Shown here piece by piece: positions 18,917-31,090 of a stretch of DNA of 64,000 nt. The stretch is from a virus: positions 1-64,000 of the IMG/VR virus record IMGVR_UViG_3300036785_000488; one strand, 5' to 3'. Below the pieces are notes generated by a model. That model was not told the DNA's origin, did not search any database, and saw nothing but the letters and a program-made list of their open reading frames with translations. A program made the position numbers and the translations under genes. Numbering within the stretch: position 1 is the stretch's first letter; every line of letters starts with the position of its first letter.

Positions 18917-19456
18917 ATGGCTACCACCACCCAAGAACATCACATCGTGATCGAGGCTCGCCAGCGCAAGGACGGCATCTGGCTGTACCGTGCTGTCTCG
19001 CCCGAACTCGATTGGAACACCGCTCAGACCGAGTGGGAGCGCCTGGACGACAGGCGTCGCACCAGGATCCAGGGCGTCACGCCTAGCGACCAGTACTTCA
19101 TGGTCCGCAACGCCAACGACCCGACATGGTCATGGCTCGACATGCCCAGGGTGTTCAAGGCTCGCCAACCCAAGAGCAATGGCAGGGACGCCGACGAGCG
19201 TGCCGCCCGTGCCTTCGCCAAGATCGACCCCCAGGGTGTCGTACGCGGCAACAAGGGCGGCTGGCTCTACCGCGAGGGCCAGCGTGAGCCGGTCGGTCAA
19301 GGCTGGGACAGCTACATGCGGCAGCTCAAGAAGTACCGCGACGTGATCCGTGCGGTGCCAGGCACCACTCCAATCAGTGAGTGGAACCACCAGCCGATGC
19401 CGTACTTCGCCGCCTGGATGATCCTGCCCAGTCTCGCTGAGAGGCCAGGGGCGTGA
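18917..19456 (+). CDS. Hypothetical protein, leaderless MAT start
   Basis: Promoter CTGACT-22-TACACT at 18876-18909. Confidence 0.75.
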   Translation: MATTTQEHHIVIEARQRKDGIWLYRAVSPELDWNTAQTEWERLDDRRRTRIQGVTPSDQYFMVRNANDPTWSWLDMPRVFKARQPKSNGRDADERAARAFAKIDPQGVVRGNKGGWLYREGQREPVGQGWDSYMRQLKKYRDVIRAVPGTTPISEWNHQPMPYFAAWMILPSLAERPGA

Positions 19457-19695
19457 TGGAAGAGCGTTACACGCGCCTGTTCAAGACCATCCGCGACCGT
19501 GTCATCACCGAGTGGGGACGGGGTTGGGACAACCTGGGAGTACGACTACAGCGCGCGCTGCTCGCTGAAGCTCTAGTCGATCTCCTCATTGCCCAGGACG
19601 AGGACGTGTCCGCTGAGCGGGTGCGGGAGATCCTCGACGCAGGCCACGCATGGCTGTGCGAGTGGTACGAGAAGAACAGGGAGAACAACCCCTGA
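19453..19695 (+). CDS. Hypothetical protein
   Basis: GTGA coupling. Confidence 0.6.
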   Translation: MMEERYTRLFKTIRDRVITEWGRGWDNLGVRLQRALLAEALVDLLIAQDEDVSAERVREILDAGHAWLCEWYEKNRENNP

Positions 19696-19760
19696 AAAAA
19701 ATCCAAGAAATCCGCCAACCTGAACGAAATCAAGAGAGTGAACCTGCTACAATGACATCC

Positions 19761-20285
19761 ATGGCTACCAACGACAAACCCGAACTCGCGATCCTCATCA
19801 GCAGCAGCGTGGACCGCAGCTACAACGACCCGTCCCTCAAGATCGAGGCCAACGTCGTGAACGTCGAAGACGGCACCAAGATCCGCAACCTGTCCACCAG
19901 TGGATGGGACCGCCATCCGGCGGCGGGCCTGGGCACGTCGACCTACGCCTACACGACGATGTCCTCGCACTGGGACGTCGAGTACCGCGACACCTACCTG
20001 ATGCGGCTGGAAGAGCTGGAGGCGATGGTCAAGTACCTTCGCAAGGTCTCCAAGGCCCTGGCGCGCATGAACGACCAGCGCGGCTACGCCGAATCCTTCG
20101 CAGAGCAGGTGATGCGGTTCGCTCAGGCTGTCGGGGCGCAGTGGTTCGTCTGGAAGAGGGACTCCTCGCAGACCGCTCTCACCTACGACAACGGCGACTA
20201 CCGGATCACCACCGACGCCACCATCGCTCGCAACCACGTCAACAGCCTGATCGACACCTTCAAAAAGGAGTACACGCAGTCATGA
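19761..20285 (+). CDS. Hypothetical protein, leaderless MAT start
   Basis: Promoter CTGAAC-22-TACAAT at 19720-19753. Confidence 0.75.
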   Translation: MATNDKPELAILISSSVDRSYNDPSLKIEANVVNVEDGTKIRNLSTSGWDRHPAAGLGTSTYAYTTMSSHWDVEYRDTYLMRLEELEAMVKYLRKVSKALARMNDQRGYAESFAEQVMRFAQAVGAQWFVWKRDSSQTALTYDNGDYRITTDATIARNHVNSLIDTFKKEYTQS

Positions 20286-21497
20286 CCGACAACAATTACA
20301 TCCACCGCTACGCCGAGAACCTCGGCCACGGGCGCGGCATTATGCGGGTCGACATCGTCGTCCACGGCAAGCTGGTCAACTCTCACCTGGAGGGTTCACC
20401 GGCTCCCATCGAGACTGTGCGCGCCCATGAGAGCAAGCACATGATCGGGGACAAGCTGGCCGACGACCACGGCAACACCATCGCCCAGGAGGGCTGCGAC
20501 CGCTGCTTCTGCGGCTGCAAGTACTGGGAGTTCGACCGCTGTGTCGACTGCGGCACGCACATCTCCGAGATCAACAAGGAAAACCGATGAACACTCGTAT
20601 CTTCCAAGAGACCACCGAGGAGTACCTCGACGCACATCACCCCGGCGTCTTCAACATGCACCGCATGGGTGAAAACCTCTGGTCCACGCTTTGCACCATG
20701 GCCGAGAAGGGCGGCTGGCGCGACGGCTCAGGCTGGATCTGGTCGAACCGTTCGACCCAAATCAAGATGTGCCAGTCGCTGGTCAAGCGTGGCTTCGTCA
20801 CCGTTGACGAGACCAATCCACAGCACCCACGGTTCACCACCGATCCCATCATCATAGGGATCTACCAGAACAAAGAGCGTGAGCTGGCGCGTGAACGTGC
20901 GGCGGCACGACGCCCCCAGGAGATCGCCAACGCCCTGGCAAGCCAACACACCAAGGCCCACCATTACGCCGTCGACCTGCTCATCTGGTTCCACCAGGTG
21001 GAGTACGACGAGTTGATGCAGCAGTACAAGGACGAGCACCCCGTGGAGGCGAACGCATGAGCACCACTCTCGGCTTCGTCTACAAGTACGAGAACCGGGC
21101 AGTGGCTGTCCATGCCGTGATCGACGGCAAGCCACTGTGCGGCACCGAGGTGGATATGACATCCTTTGAGACCTACCTCGGACAGCCCGACGACATCACC
21201 TGTCGTCGGTGCAAGATGTCAGTCAGCCACCGTGGGCACACGGTCGAAGAGCCTGGCGCGCAGGCAAGTGCTGACACAGTCCCGCAAACGCGTGAGCGGG
21301 ACACCTTCACCGACCTCCTGGGGCACCTGCGTGCCTTCCATGGCATGCCCGACTGCTTCAGGGCGGTCGACGGCGTCGAGGACAACATCCGTGAGCTGCA
21401 TGCCAAGTACCACCAGACACAGCCACCTGGGGCGAACTTTGGCAAGACCGCCCCTCCCCACTCTGCGGGAGATCTCACATATTTCTCTTCGCCCTGA
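20282..21497 (+). CDS. Three coupled small genes (20282-20590 Cys-rich; 20587-21060 wHTH-like; 21057-21497 Zn-binding)
   Basis: ATGA overlaps; CDRCFCGCKYWEFDRCVDC; H...PLCG...CRRC. Confidence 0.65.
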
Positions 21498-21534
21498 CTT
21501 GCATCTGTCACAACCATCCTGTACCCTTATGGAC

Positions 21535-22473
21535 ATGGCTACCACTACCAAAACCAAGAGCACCAGCTCTCCCAGGGACACCTACGCCGACGTGACAGCA
21601 CGAGTGCTTGAGGCTCTCGACGCTGGCACGGTCATGTGGCACAAGCCCTGGGTCAGCACCGACGGCGGGCCGGTCAACATCGATTCCAACCGCCGGTACC
21701 GGGGCATCAACGTGTTCCTGCTTGAGTTCACCGCCATGGAGAAGGGCTACAGCTCGTCTCGCTGGGGCAGCTACAAGCAGATCGCCGCTCGGGGCGGGCA
21801 GGTCCGCAAGGGCGAGAAGGGCACGCTGGTTGTGTTCTGGAAGATCCTTCGCAAGGAGGACAAGGTCGACGGCGAGACGCAGGTCAAGAAGATCCCCTTC
21901 CTGCGCCACTACACCGTGTTCAACGAGGACCAGGCTGACTGGGACGACCCCGAGACCGACAAGCGGCGCAAGCCTGCTGAGCGCGTCGAGCGCGACCCCA
22001 TCGAGGCGGCGCAGGAGCTGCTCACTGAGTACCTCGCCACCGGCCCCTCGCTGAGCCACGGGGGCGACAGGGCCTTCTACGTGCCGTCGTCCGACAGCAT
22101 CCGCCTGCCGCACATCGGTGACTTCAAGAGTGCTGAGCACTACCACAGCACCCTGTTCCACGAGGTGACGCACAGCACCGGCCACAGCAAGCGGCTGGCG
22201 CGTGACGGCATCGCCCAGGGCAGCTTCGGACGGTTCGGGGACGCGGTCTACTCCAAGGAGGAGCTGATCGCTGAAATGGGTGCAGCCATGCTCTGCGGCG
22301 TCGCTGGGATCGACCAGGCGGCGACCATCCCCGAGACCGCCGCCTACTTGGCGCACTGGCGTGACGCCCTGCGGGCCGACAACAAGCTGATCGTGCAGGC
22401 GGCGGCGCAGGCGCAGAAAGCTGCGGACCTCGTCCTCGGCACCACGTTCGACACCAACAAGGAGGAGTCATGA
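21535..22473 (+). CDS. ardC: ArdC-family ssDNA-binding antirestriction protein with zincin domain
   Basis: WHKPW, YRGIN, YKQ...GGQVRKGEKG, VFNEDQ, AFY, FHEVTHSTGH, YSKEELIAE. Confidence 0.9.
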   Translation: MATTTKTKSTSSPRDTYADVTARVLEALDAGTVMWHKPWVSTDGGPVNIDSNRRYRGINVFLLEFTAMEKGYSSSRWGSYKQIAARGGQVRKGEKGTLVVFWKILRKEDKVDGETQVKKIPFLRHYTVFNEDQADWDDPETDKRRKPAERVERDPIEAAQELLTEYLATGPSLSHGGDRAFYVPSSDSIRLPHIGDFKSAEHYHSTLFHEVTHSTGHSKRLARDGIAQGSFGRFGDAVYSKEELIAEMGAAMLCGVAGIDQAATIPETAAYLAHWRDALRADNKLIVQAAAQAQKAADLVLGTTFDTNKEES

Positions 22474-22704
22474 ACACGATCCAGCGCGCCGTTCACATGA
22501 TGGACTGCGAGGACAACGTCAAGCGTGCCGTCACCACCTGGGCTGAGCTGATCCCAACAACCCACACAAGCTCTTCACCTTCGGGACCGAGGGCGACCTC
22601 TGGCGTGCGCGCTGCTACTGCGGCTGGGACAGCGAGTGGTTCGACACCAAGAAGGAGGCCCGTGAGGCACAGGTCGAGCACGACCTCTCAGAGCGTCTGA
22701 AGGG

Positions 22705-23229
22705 TTGGACATGAGCACCAAGGTGGTGACTGCTGATGACCTGCGCCCCGGCGACCATGTGGTTGCCGTGGGCGACGAGGCCGTCGACTTCAAGGTGCTG
22801 ACTGTCCACACGCACACGCACACCCGTGGCGGTGGGGTCACCATCGACCTGTACACCACCCGTGACCCGTGGCCCAACATCTACCTGGATGCGGAAGAGC
22901 TGGTGACCATCACAGTGAATGACCCGGTCCCAGTCGTACAGCACCAGGAACTGACCTGGCAGGAACGACAACGGTGGGGCCGGGACTCGCAGTGGCGTTG
23001 GTGGTACCACCCACCGGGCAGCCAGACCGGCTACTTGGTGACCGGTGAAGGCAGCAAGGAGCGACTGCTCCCGAAGAAAGACTGGCGCAAGCTGCCTCCG
23101 GTCAGCACCGGCTTCCACCGCATCCCCGACGATCCTGAGACCGGCAACCGCATGTGCGCCTGCAACAAGTGCGGCAAGGAGATGACCACACTGTCCATCG
23201 GCTACCACCGACAGAACACAGGTCACTGA
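22705..23229 (+). CDS. Hypothetical protein
   Basis: VTADDLRPGD SH3-like start; C-terminal CNKC. Confidence 0.6.
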   Translation: MDMSTKVVTADDLRPGDHVVAVGDEAVDFKVLTVHTHTHTRGGGVTIDLYTTRDPWPNIYLDAEELVTITVNDPVPVVQHQELTWQERQRWGRDSQWRWWYHPPGSQTGYLVTGEGSKERLLPKKDWRKLPPVSTGFHRIPDDPETGNRMCACNKCGKEMTTLSIGYHRQNTGH

Positions 23230-23292
23230 CATGACACATCTTTTCTTTCGTCCTGACTTGTATCCAGACCCCCAAGGTGGTATCTTCTAGAC

Positions 23293-23679
23293 ATGGCTAC
23301 TGACACCGAACACTGGTTCATCAATCACGACAACCTCGTCATCACGGCGAGCTGGATGGCCGACAACGGCTACTCAGCCGGAGCCGTCGCACGCATGATC
23401 GAGAAGCCCTGGACGTACGAGGATGAGTTCAAGGCGGCTCGCATAGAGCTGGGCGAGAGTGCCGCCAAGCCGACACCTGGACAGGGGGACGAGCTGTTCC
23501 CTGAGGGTCGCCAGGTCTGGTACGAGGGCGATGACCCCAGGGGGTTCCTCGTCGCCATCAAAGAGCGTTTCGACCTTGAGCTGGAGCTGAAGGAAGACCA
23601 GTCGGGCTTCGCCTTCTTCTGCCCGCCTGGGTACGTCGATGCCATCGTCTACACCAATGAATGGCCTATCGGAACATGA
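23293..23679 (+). CDS. Hypothetical protein, leaderless MAT start
   Basis: Promoter CTGACT-22-TATCTT at 23253-23286. Confidence 0.7.
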   Translation: MATDTEHWFINHDNLVITASWMADNGYSAGAVARMIEKPWTYEDEFKAARIELGESAAKPTPGQGDELFPEGRQVWYEGDDPRGFLVAIKERFDLELELKEDQSGFAFFCPPGYVDAIVYTNEWPIGT

Positions 23680-24653
23680 CCAAGAACGAGCGCAAGGCCC
23701 TGGAGCAGTGGCGCGAGTTCCTCGCCGGTCCCTGCGACGACAAGTGCCCGTCGCCGCCGCCGTACAACGGCCACAAGCACTACTCGGCGTGGTACGAGAA
23801 CAACCGCTCGACGGTGGTTGGACTGAACCACCTCTTAGAAGGCTGGGATCTCAGCTACTTCGCCAGGCTGCGTGAGCTGCAACCCACGCTTGAAGAGATC
23901 GACGCTGAGAACAAGGAAGAGTACGCGTGAGCACCATCATCCGCTACACCAACCCAGAGCGTCGCCCCAACGGTACGTACCGCTGCGTCGCCTGCCTGAC
24001 CATCCACACCAACGCCGACGACGCCCGGAACTGCGCCGTCGCTGACCATGAGAAGAAAGCCAAGGCTGTGAAAGCAGCGAAGAGAGGAAAGAAGAAGTGA
24101 GGGAAGCAACTGACAACCACGTCTACGAGGTCGAGCCTCGCCTGGGGGACAAGCGTGCCCTCATGATCGAGGCGTCCAAGGGCAAGGGCCGCGGCAAGGA
24201 CCAGGACACCAGCGCGCTGCTGCGCTCGGCGGTCGCCTTCGCCGTCGCGTTGATGGAGGACCCCACCCTCAACCCCGAGTGGGACGACGACCCCGAGTGG
24301 ACGAGCATGGGCGTGTACCACACGTACCCCAAGGCGGGGCCGGTGCGCCGCTACGTCGGTGAGGTCAAGGACGGTCGTTTGGTGCGGCCCTCATGAGCTT
24401 CGCCGTACAGCGGTTCACGATAGAAGGCAGGTGGGAGGACGCGGGGGAGTACCCCAACACGGCGTCCACCACCATCACCCACGCCCGTGAATGCACCAAG
24501 CACTACGGCACGCCGTACCGTGCCATCGTGCGTGAGACCGACCAGGTGCTCGCTGCCTTTGAGAAGGTGGAGGTGTCTCCTGGGCACGAACGGCATACCG
24601 GCAAGGTCCGTCGCTGGAAGGACGAAGAGAACACAGAGGGTGAGGATCAGTGA
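23676..24653 (+). CDS. Run of small coupled hypothetical genes (23676-23930, ~23927-24100, 24097-24396, 24393-24653)
   Basis: ATGA/GTGA overlaps. Confidence 0.55.
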
Positions 24654-25033
24654 TCCGCAAACAACCATGCTCAAGCTGCCCCTATCGCCAGGACGCGCCA
24701 TCGGGCCTGTGGTCCGCTGAGACCTACGACAAGCTCATCCCCTACGACGAACCGACCTGGGGGCAACCCGTGGCACCCTTCGCCTGCCATGCCACGCCGG
24801 AGCACGAGTGTCACGGCTGGGCCGTGTGCCACTCCAACCGGGGCGCTGAGAACGAGCTGCTCGCTCTGCGATTCGCAGGAAGGGCGAACGAGGAGATCCC
24901 AGAGGCGGCTGTGCCGCTGTTCAGCTCGGGCACCGAGGCGGCAGAGCACGGCAAGCGTGACCTTGAGGAACCCTCCCAGGACACCAAGGACGCCGCTGCC
25001 AAGCTCATGAACAAGTACGACAGGCTTCGCTGA
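24650..25033 (+). CDS. Cys-rich protein, DUF6283-like
   Basis: PCSSCPYRQDAPSGLW...FACH...CHGW. Confidence 0.7.
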   Translation: MIRKQPCSSCPYRQDAPSGLWSAETYDKLIPYDEPTWGQPVAPFACHATPEHECHGWAVCHSNRGAENELLALRFAGRANEEIPEAAVPLFSSGTEAAEHGKRDLEEPSQDTKDAAAKLMNKYDRLR

Positions 25034-25120
25034 TGTGGTGGCAAGTAGTCGGATGGATCACGAGCACCACCGGTTTCGTCATTATCGGCTGGTGGCTGCG
25101 AGGCAAATGGGAGGGACGCA

Positions 25121-25724
25121 ATGTCCAAGTTCACTGATGCTCAGAACGACCCCGAGTTCCGGGCACGCGCCATCGCACGGGGCAAGCGCACCGTCTTCCT
25201 GGACGTGTCATGCCCGTGCGGATCGAACCTCTTCGCTGAACCTGGGACCGGCGAGACTGTCTGCGACAAGTGTGGCCGACACTTCATCCGTTTCGGACGT
25301 CGCTGGGTCGTCCAGGAGAACTGACAACGACATCATGGACTGGTCGCAGAAGGTCAAACGGCTCACATCCCCAGGAGGACCCCCAATGGACATCGACATC
25401 AAGCTGCAGTGGCACTCGCCTGAGGAGATGTTCGCCGCCATCTTCATGCGTGACGGCAAGGAGTGGTACCTCGACGGTGCGCTCGTGGGCTTGGACGGCG
25501 ACCCAGGCGACGCTGTGAAGGATCTGATCGAACTCGCTATTCACCTGGTGACCGAGGGCGAGAACTTCCTCACCAACGGACCCATCTCCCTGGAGGACCG
25601 TGTCTGGCTGTTCAAGCTGCTCGACCAGGGGACCATCGCAGCCTCGGACGAGAGCAAGATGTATCTCGCCATACGCTATGCGTGCGGCGACATCGACCCC
25701 TACCAGTTCAGACTCGTCAAGTAG
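25121..25724 (+). CDS. Two small genes (25121-25324 Zn-ribbon; 25386-25724 hypothetical)
   Basis: RBS GGAGG; CPCG...CDKCG. Confidence 0.6.
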
Positions 25725-28238
25725 CAGGCTCGTCGGTCACCAGGAGCACCGCCGTCTGGTCATCCTCGCTCAGCTCAGGCTCGCTGTCGCTCGCTGCTGA
25801 CTGATCGCATGCCGTACACAGTGTGGACTCCGGCATCGAGTACGAGCCGACGAGCACCGGCACGACGAACTGACGGGCGCAGAGCAGGCAGGGCACGCTG
25901 ATCGTCACGACCTCGCTCTGCAGATCCTCCAGGGAGAGCTTGAGAGCGTCGCAGGGGATGCCTGCGCTCTCCATGGAACTGCACGCGCGCTCCAGGTCGT
26001 ACAGAGCATTGCGCCTACGAATCAGCTCGGACTTGGTCGTCATCGATCCTCCTCACGTACACCTCGACGTGCTTGTCGGGACAGGGACACAGCTCTGAGT
26101 GGACGTCGCCGTAGCTCTTCTCGCCACGCTTGATCTTGCGGTCGGGGTAGGCGACGTCGGGCCGGTGGATGCCGATGATGCTGGCGTGCGTGTAGCCGAT
26201 GAAGATCATGTGCCGCTTGATCATGGGAACCCCCTCACTTGTACCCAGTGCCACACCATCACTGCACTGGCTCGGTAGCTGCACCCACCGTCGGGGTCAC
26301 ACTTCTCGTTGCACCAGTAGTCGTGGTTCTCCAGGTGGCCGATCCCACCGATCACAGCTCGCAGCGAACACTCGCGGTGCACCGGCCCGTAGTGCGGCTT
26401 GCCGTTGGCCGGGATCGCACCCATGAACGTGCCCTGGTCGCCGTCGTTGATCTTCTCGGTACAGAGCACGCAGGGATCACCCACAGGGGTCGGCACCTGG
26501 ATGTTGTTCTCACAGATGTCCGACGGCCACGGTTCACCGAAGTACGTCTCCCACCATTCCAGGTCGCTCACCGCAGCTCGGGCGACGCTGTTGACTCCAT
26601 CAGCTCAATGCTCTGGATGGTGATGAGTGAGTACCTGTTCTTCTTGTCATGGTCGAGGATCAAGTACGCAGAGTCAGAGCTGGGGTGGCTGTTGATCTCG
26701 GTGAGCCTGCCAGCTACCGGCTCACGATCACCGTTGAACGTGAGCCGCACGAGCTTGCCCATGTATTGCGCCGCCTGGCCGACGTCAGGTTGTCCCATGG
26801 CGTCACGCGCTGCTTTGATGAACTCCTCCTGGAGACGAGGAGCCGCGACATTGCTGGCCCCACTGCGACGCACTGGGGTGGCCTCGATAGGGACGATCTC
26901 GTCAGACATCGGGTGTCTCACCGGAGTAGTCAGGGTGCTGTGTTGCCATGTGGCGCTCGACATTGGCGAAGTGGCGATTGCAGCACGGACACACTCCCTT
27001 GCCGATCCTTCGCTTGAGCTTGGTGATCTGTCCCTTGGTAGCGGAATGCGAACGACGTTCCCGTTCCACCTCTTCACGCAACCGTCGTGTGCGTGTCTGT
27101 TCAGCGTCGAGCTGAGCGGTAAGACGCTGGGCACGGCTTTGACCGGCTGGCGTGTGTTGATGGCCGAGAGGACAATAGATGAAGTACGACCGTCCGTCAT
27201 CGTGCTCTCGTTGTTGGAAGTTACGAAGATCACTCGGCACGGCGTGGTTGATCCCGCACCAACACGTCATCACGACCAGAGTGTCGGTGAAACTTACGGT
27301 CAGTTCACTCACTGGGCACCACCTCATGAATCACCGTCACGGCTCTGCGTAGCTCTTCCATGGCCTCCCACAGGTCATTGGACGAGTGACTTTTTTCCGC
27401 TTGTAGTTCGGCGTCCCAGGCGTGCAGTACATGCCTGGCGGCAGCAAGCAGCTCTCGCTCACTCATGAAAAAACTACGTCTTGTCGGTACGACGCAGCAG
27501 TGCGAAGGCCGCGGGCGAACTGCTGAGTGAGCAGCAACCACGATGGCGATTTTTCTGGGCTGTGTTCAGACATCATCTTCATCTCCAGCTCCTCCAGCCG
27601 ATGAGCCAAGAATGGACAGTGCGTGTGCTTGATGAGGCCCTTATGCTCCTCGTGCGCCAGCAAGATGATCAGCGGATCTTCTGGTGCACCGTTGGGCCAT
27701 TCACCCAGGAGATCGGCATCACTGAAGAGGTCGTAACGAAGGTCTGGAAAGACCGGCCCACCGGTATTGCGATAATCCAGTAGGTCGTACCCACCGTAGA
27801 GCGCCCACAGCAGTCGTAAGGCATCGAACTGCTTGGCGGGTCCGGTGAAGCAGCCATGACTGACGTTCACTTATTTCCCCTCATAGTCTTCCCAATGTAC
27901 CCCCACAAGCTGTGGTTGGGCAGGGTTAGGTTTCTCGGGGAAGAGCAGAGCGGCGAGAGCTGCCTTTAGGTCAGTCAGCTCCTCGCGCAACCGCGCGTTC
28001 TCAACAACAAGTTGCTGGTCGTTCATCAATGCGCCAAGGGAGAGACCGTGATGCTGGCGACCTGTGAGTCGAGAAGGTCGACCCAACCGAACAGTGTCTG
28101 AATGTGATACGTCCCCCCGTTATACGGGTAGGGACTAGCCGGGACCGCAGGCGCTGGGGGGGCGTAGGACGCCATGCGGTAGCTCACTCCTTGGATCACA
28201 CGACCATCGGTAGTGATGACAGTGGCTTGTACAGGCAT
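25717..28238 (-). CDS. Run of about nine small coupled hypothetical genes, several Zn-binding
   Basis: 25717-26043, 26015-26224, 26221-26571, 26568-26909, 26902-27312, 27305-27466, 27463-27870, 27871-28026, 28026-28238; overlapping starts and stops. Confidence 0.55.
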
Positions 28239-28240
28239 AG

Positions 28241-31090
28241 TCAACCTCCTGTGGCTTTGAAGTGTGCGGCGAGTTCGTTGATCGACAGCGCACGGTTGTA
28301 GATAGCGACGTGCGCCAGGTCTCCGGTCATCCACTGCGTCGTGCGCGCGCCGCGGCCCATGCGCCAGTACAAGGCTGCTTGAGCTTGACGCGCTGTTAGC
28401 TGAGTAGTGGTTCTCAGTGCACCATCTCGGTAGATGTAGAGATTCGTACCGTCAAAGATGAAGGCACCGTGGTGCCAGTTACCGTCAGCGGTGCTTGCAA
28501 CATCTTGAGGAGCGTTCTGCGGCCCGCCCCAACAGATTCCGTTCAACAAGCCAGTGGTCGGCCATGAACTCAGCGATGCGTTATACGTCCCCGTTGGAGT
28601 ACCGGTGGTCGAACTGTTCAACTCCACCATAACGCCGCCTGTCGAAGTCGATTGAATGCGGTACCACAACTCGATGGTGAACGGCGTGCCGTAGACGACT
28701 GTCTCTGCGACTGTCTCGACCAGTGAACCACCCGTACCGTCGAAGTGCGCCGATCCAGGACTAGCTCCCCAGGGATCAGCACCACCGAAGATGACGACGC
28801 CGTACAACTGAGCCGTCTTGCTTGCACCCGAGGAGTCAGCAGCAGTGGTCGAGTGGAGTGCTTCGTTGAGCTTCCAGTACGCAGCAGGGGCTGACTGTAG
28901 GACGGCGGCACTGTACGAAGTGTTGAGGTTCGTCACCTGCATGCCCGCCTTGACGTTCATGGCAATCGAGTTCGTCGGGACCCCTCTGCCGGTGTTGTAG
29001 TGCTGTGCGATCTCAGTCGGAGTCAGAGGGCGGTTGTAGACAGCCATGTGCGACAGACTGCCGAGAAGTGACCCCCACTGACGGTTTGAGTACCCGAGTC
29101 GCCAGTAGCCCATAGGCATCGTGAACGGTTGCTGACCGGCGAGAGCCTGCTGCGCCCGCAGTGATCCGTTCCGATAGATCTGTCCTGTTGTCGTCGCAGC
29201 GTTGTACACGTACACCAGGTGGTACCACTGATTGTCCGAGGAGACTTCACCCGCCCCAGCGATCCCTGAACCGGTGGAACCGAAGATGTATCCGTAGGAT
29301 CCTCCCGACCACAGACCAGTCGTGGCTGAACGTACAGCGTTATTGCTCGGGTTGTTGGCAGGGCTGGCGACGGTCGGACCTTCGGGGAGGAAGTCCATGA
29401 ACCCGGTACCGATTGTGTTGCTCCTGAACCAACACTCGATGCTGAACGAGTTGGGTATCTGTTCCTGGTAGTTCCTGACGATCTGGTTCGACGCAGCGGC
29501 ACCTGTCCCAGTCACAGCGTCCGTTGTGCTCCAAGGATCGGTTGCGCCAATGGTGAGCGTTGAACCGATGACCGTTGTGCCTCCAGGCGGCTGTGTATTG
29601 AGCCGCCAGTACAGATCGGGGTTCGATGACCGCACGGCGCTGGCGTAGAGCGCAGCGGTTGGGAGTGGGGGAGCAGCGGTGTAGTGGCTGATGATCTCGG
29701 CATACGGGAGCGCCCGACCGTACGCCGCCACGAAGCACAGGTTCCCCATGAACGGGTTCGCCGCTCCCTGACTCACTCCCCGACCGACATGCCAGCAGCC
29801 CTGGAATGGGACAGGCACCGTGGCGTTCGTTGCCGAGGCAAGTACACCGTCGACATAGAACGACCACGTCTGAATACCGTCGTACGTGGCAGCAATGTGA
29901 TGCCAGCCACCGTCACCCGCTGTGGCGGGGCCGATCTGAGGGCCGAGAACGGAAGCACCGCCACCACCTGTTCCAGACGGGGGATTAACGCGGGCGAACG
30001 TGTTCACTCCTACACCCGGTCCCTGGAGAAGGATCGACGGTCCATAACTGGGATTGCTGGTTGGGAATCCGGTGGTGTCCACGTTGAACTCCATCGGTAC
30101 GGATGAGATTGACCCAGTAGTCGCCGGGTTGGTCTGCATCCAGAACTCCATGGTGTATGCGCCACCACGGGGCCAGGGCTGGGTCGGATTCTGGAGAAGG
30201 TGACTGATGTTGGGGGCGGCACCTGTCCCGTTGAAGTACGCCGCACGGTGACCGCCCCACGGGTCCAGGGCAGTACCGAAGGCCACGGTGCCGAACACCT
30301 TGGCGTCAGCCGGTGCGACGTTCAGGGGCCAGAACAACTGGTTCGGGTTCGACGCTTGCACCGCCGCCTGGTAGACCGACCAACCGTCGACCATTGCCAC
30401 AGACAGGCTGGACGTGGCAGCCATGTTGGGACCGTTGGACCACCAGTCGTCCGGTTCGGGATCCAGGATCGACTCACTGACGAGATCGACCTCGGGGAAC
30501 CAGTCGGCCTGGGAGGTCACCACGGTCTCACCGGTCATGATGACTGTGGCCTGCACCAGGTCGTCGGCGGTGACACTCATGTCACCCTCTCCAACGAGAG
30601 TGACGCTCGGCGTGGTGGTGATCGGGATCGTGTCGGGCGTGAGCGTCGTGGTGGCCTGCATGCCGACCTGGACGGCCACATCAGGTGTGAGCGGCGGCGG
30701 GGGCAGGGGCGAAGGCGCGGGGGTGTACACCTCCCCGGTGAACTCAAAGATCCAAGCAGTGTCCCAGGCGTCGGCTGGCCCAGCGACGAGCGGACTCTGG
30801 CCGACCAGTGCGTAAACCGCTTGGAGGCCCTGAGACAGCACAGTATCTGCCGGGGCGTTGGGATCGAAGTTCTGCCGAGACGGCACGTTGAAGAGCACCT
30901 CGGTGCCAGGAACCAGCGGCACCATCTCGACCACCTGACGCTCACCGTCGAGCGGGCCGTCCTGGAGGAGCATCATCACCGGAGTGCCGACCGGGCCGAC
31001 ATGGGCGGCGGCGAAGAGCGTCGAGCTGGCAGCGAGGTTGACCGACACGACATTGAGAGCCGAGGTCGCAGCCAACGTGACCGTGGTCAT
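28241..31090 (-). CDS. Virion-associated protein with three LamG/ConA-like lectin domains
   Basis: Three repeats of Y/FWxLN...TxExW...WHHxxxxYDG...YxDG...VAxYxRAL. Confidence 0.85.
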   Translation of the reverse strand: MTTVTLAATSALNVVSVNLAASSTLFAAAHVGPVGTPVMMLLQDGPLDGERQVVEMVPLVPGTEVLFNVPSRQNFDPNAPADTVLSQGLQAVYALVGQSPLVAGPADAWDTAWIFEFTGEVYTPAPSPLPPPPLTPDVAVQVGMQATTTLTPDTIPITTTPSVTLVGEGDMSVTADDLVQATVIMTGETVVTSQADWFPEVDLVSESILDPEPDDWWSNGPNMAATSSLSVAMVDGWSVYQAAVQASNPNQLFWPLNVAPADAKVFGTVAFGTALDPWGGHRAAYFNGTGAAPNISHLLQNPTQPWPRGGAYTMEFWMQTNPATTGSISSVPMEFNVDTTGFPTSNPSYGPSILLQGPGVGVNTFARVNPPSGTGGGGASVLGPQIGPATAGDGGWHHIAATYDGIQTWSFYVDGVLASATNATVPVPFQGCWHVGRGVSQGAANPFMGNLCFVAAYGRALPYAEIISHYTAAPPLPTAALYASAVRSSNPDLYWRLNTQPPGGTTVIGSTLTIGATDPWSTTDAVTGTGAAASNQIVRNYQEQIPNSFSIECWFRSNTIGTGFMDFLPEGPTVASPANNPSNNAVRSATTGLWSGGSYGYIFGSTGSGIAGAGEVSSDNQWYHLVYVYNAATTTGQIYRNGSLRAQQALAGQQPFTMPMGYWRLGYSNRQWGSLLGSLSHMAVYNRPLTPTEIAQHYNTGRGVPTNSIAMNVKAGMQVTNLNTSYSAAVLQSAPAAYWKLNEALHSTTAADSSGASKTAQLYGVVIFGGADPWGASPGSAHFDGTGGSLVETVAETVVYGTPFTIELWYRIQSTSTGGVMVELNSSTTGTPTGTYNASLSSWPTTGLLNGICWGGPQNAPQDVASTADGNWHHGAFIFDGTNLYIYRDGALRTTTQLTARQAQAALYWRMGRGARTTQWMTGDLAHVAIYNRALSINELAAHFKATGG

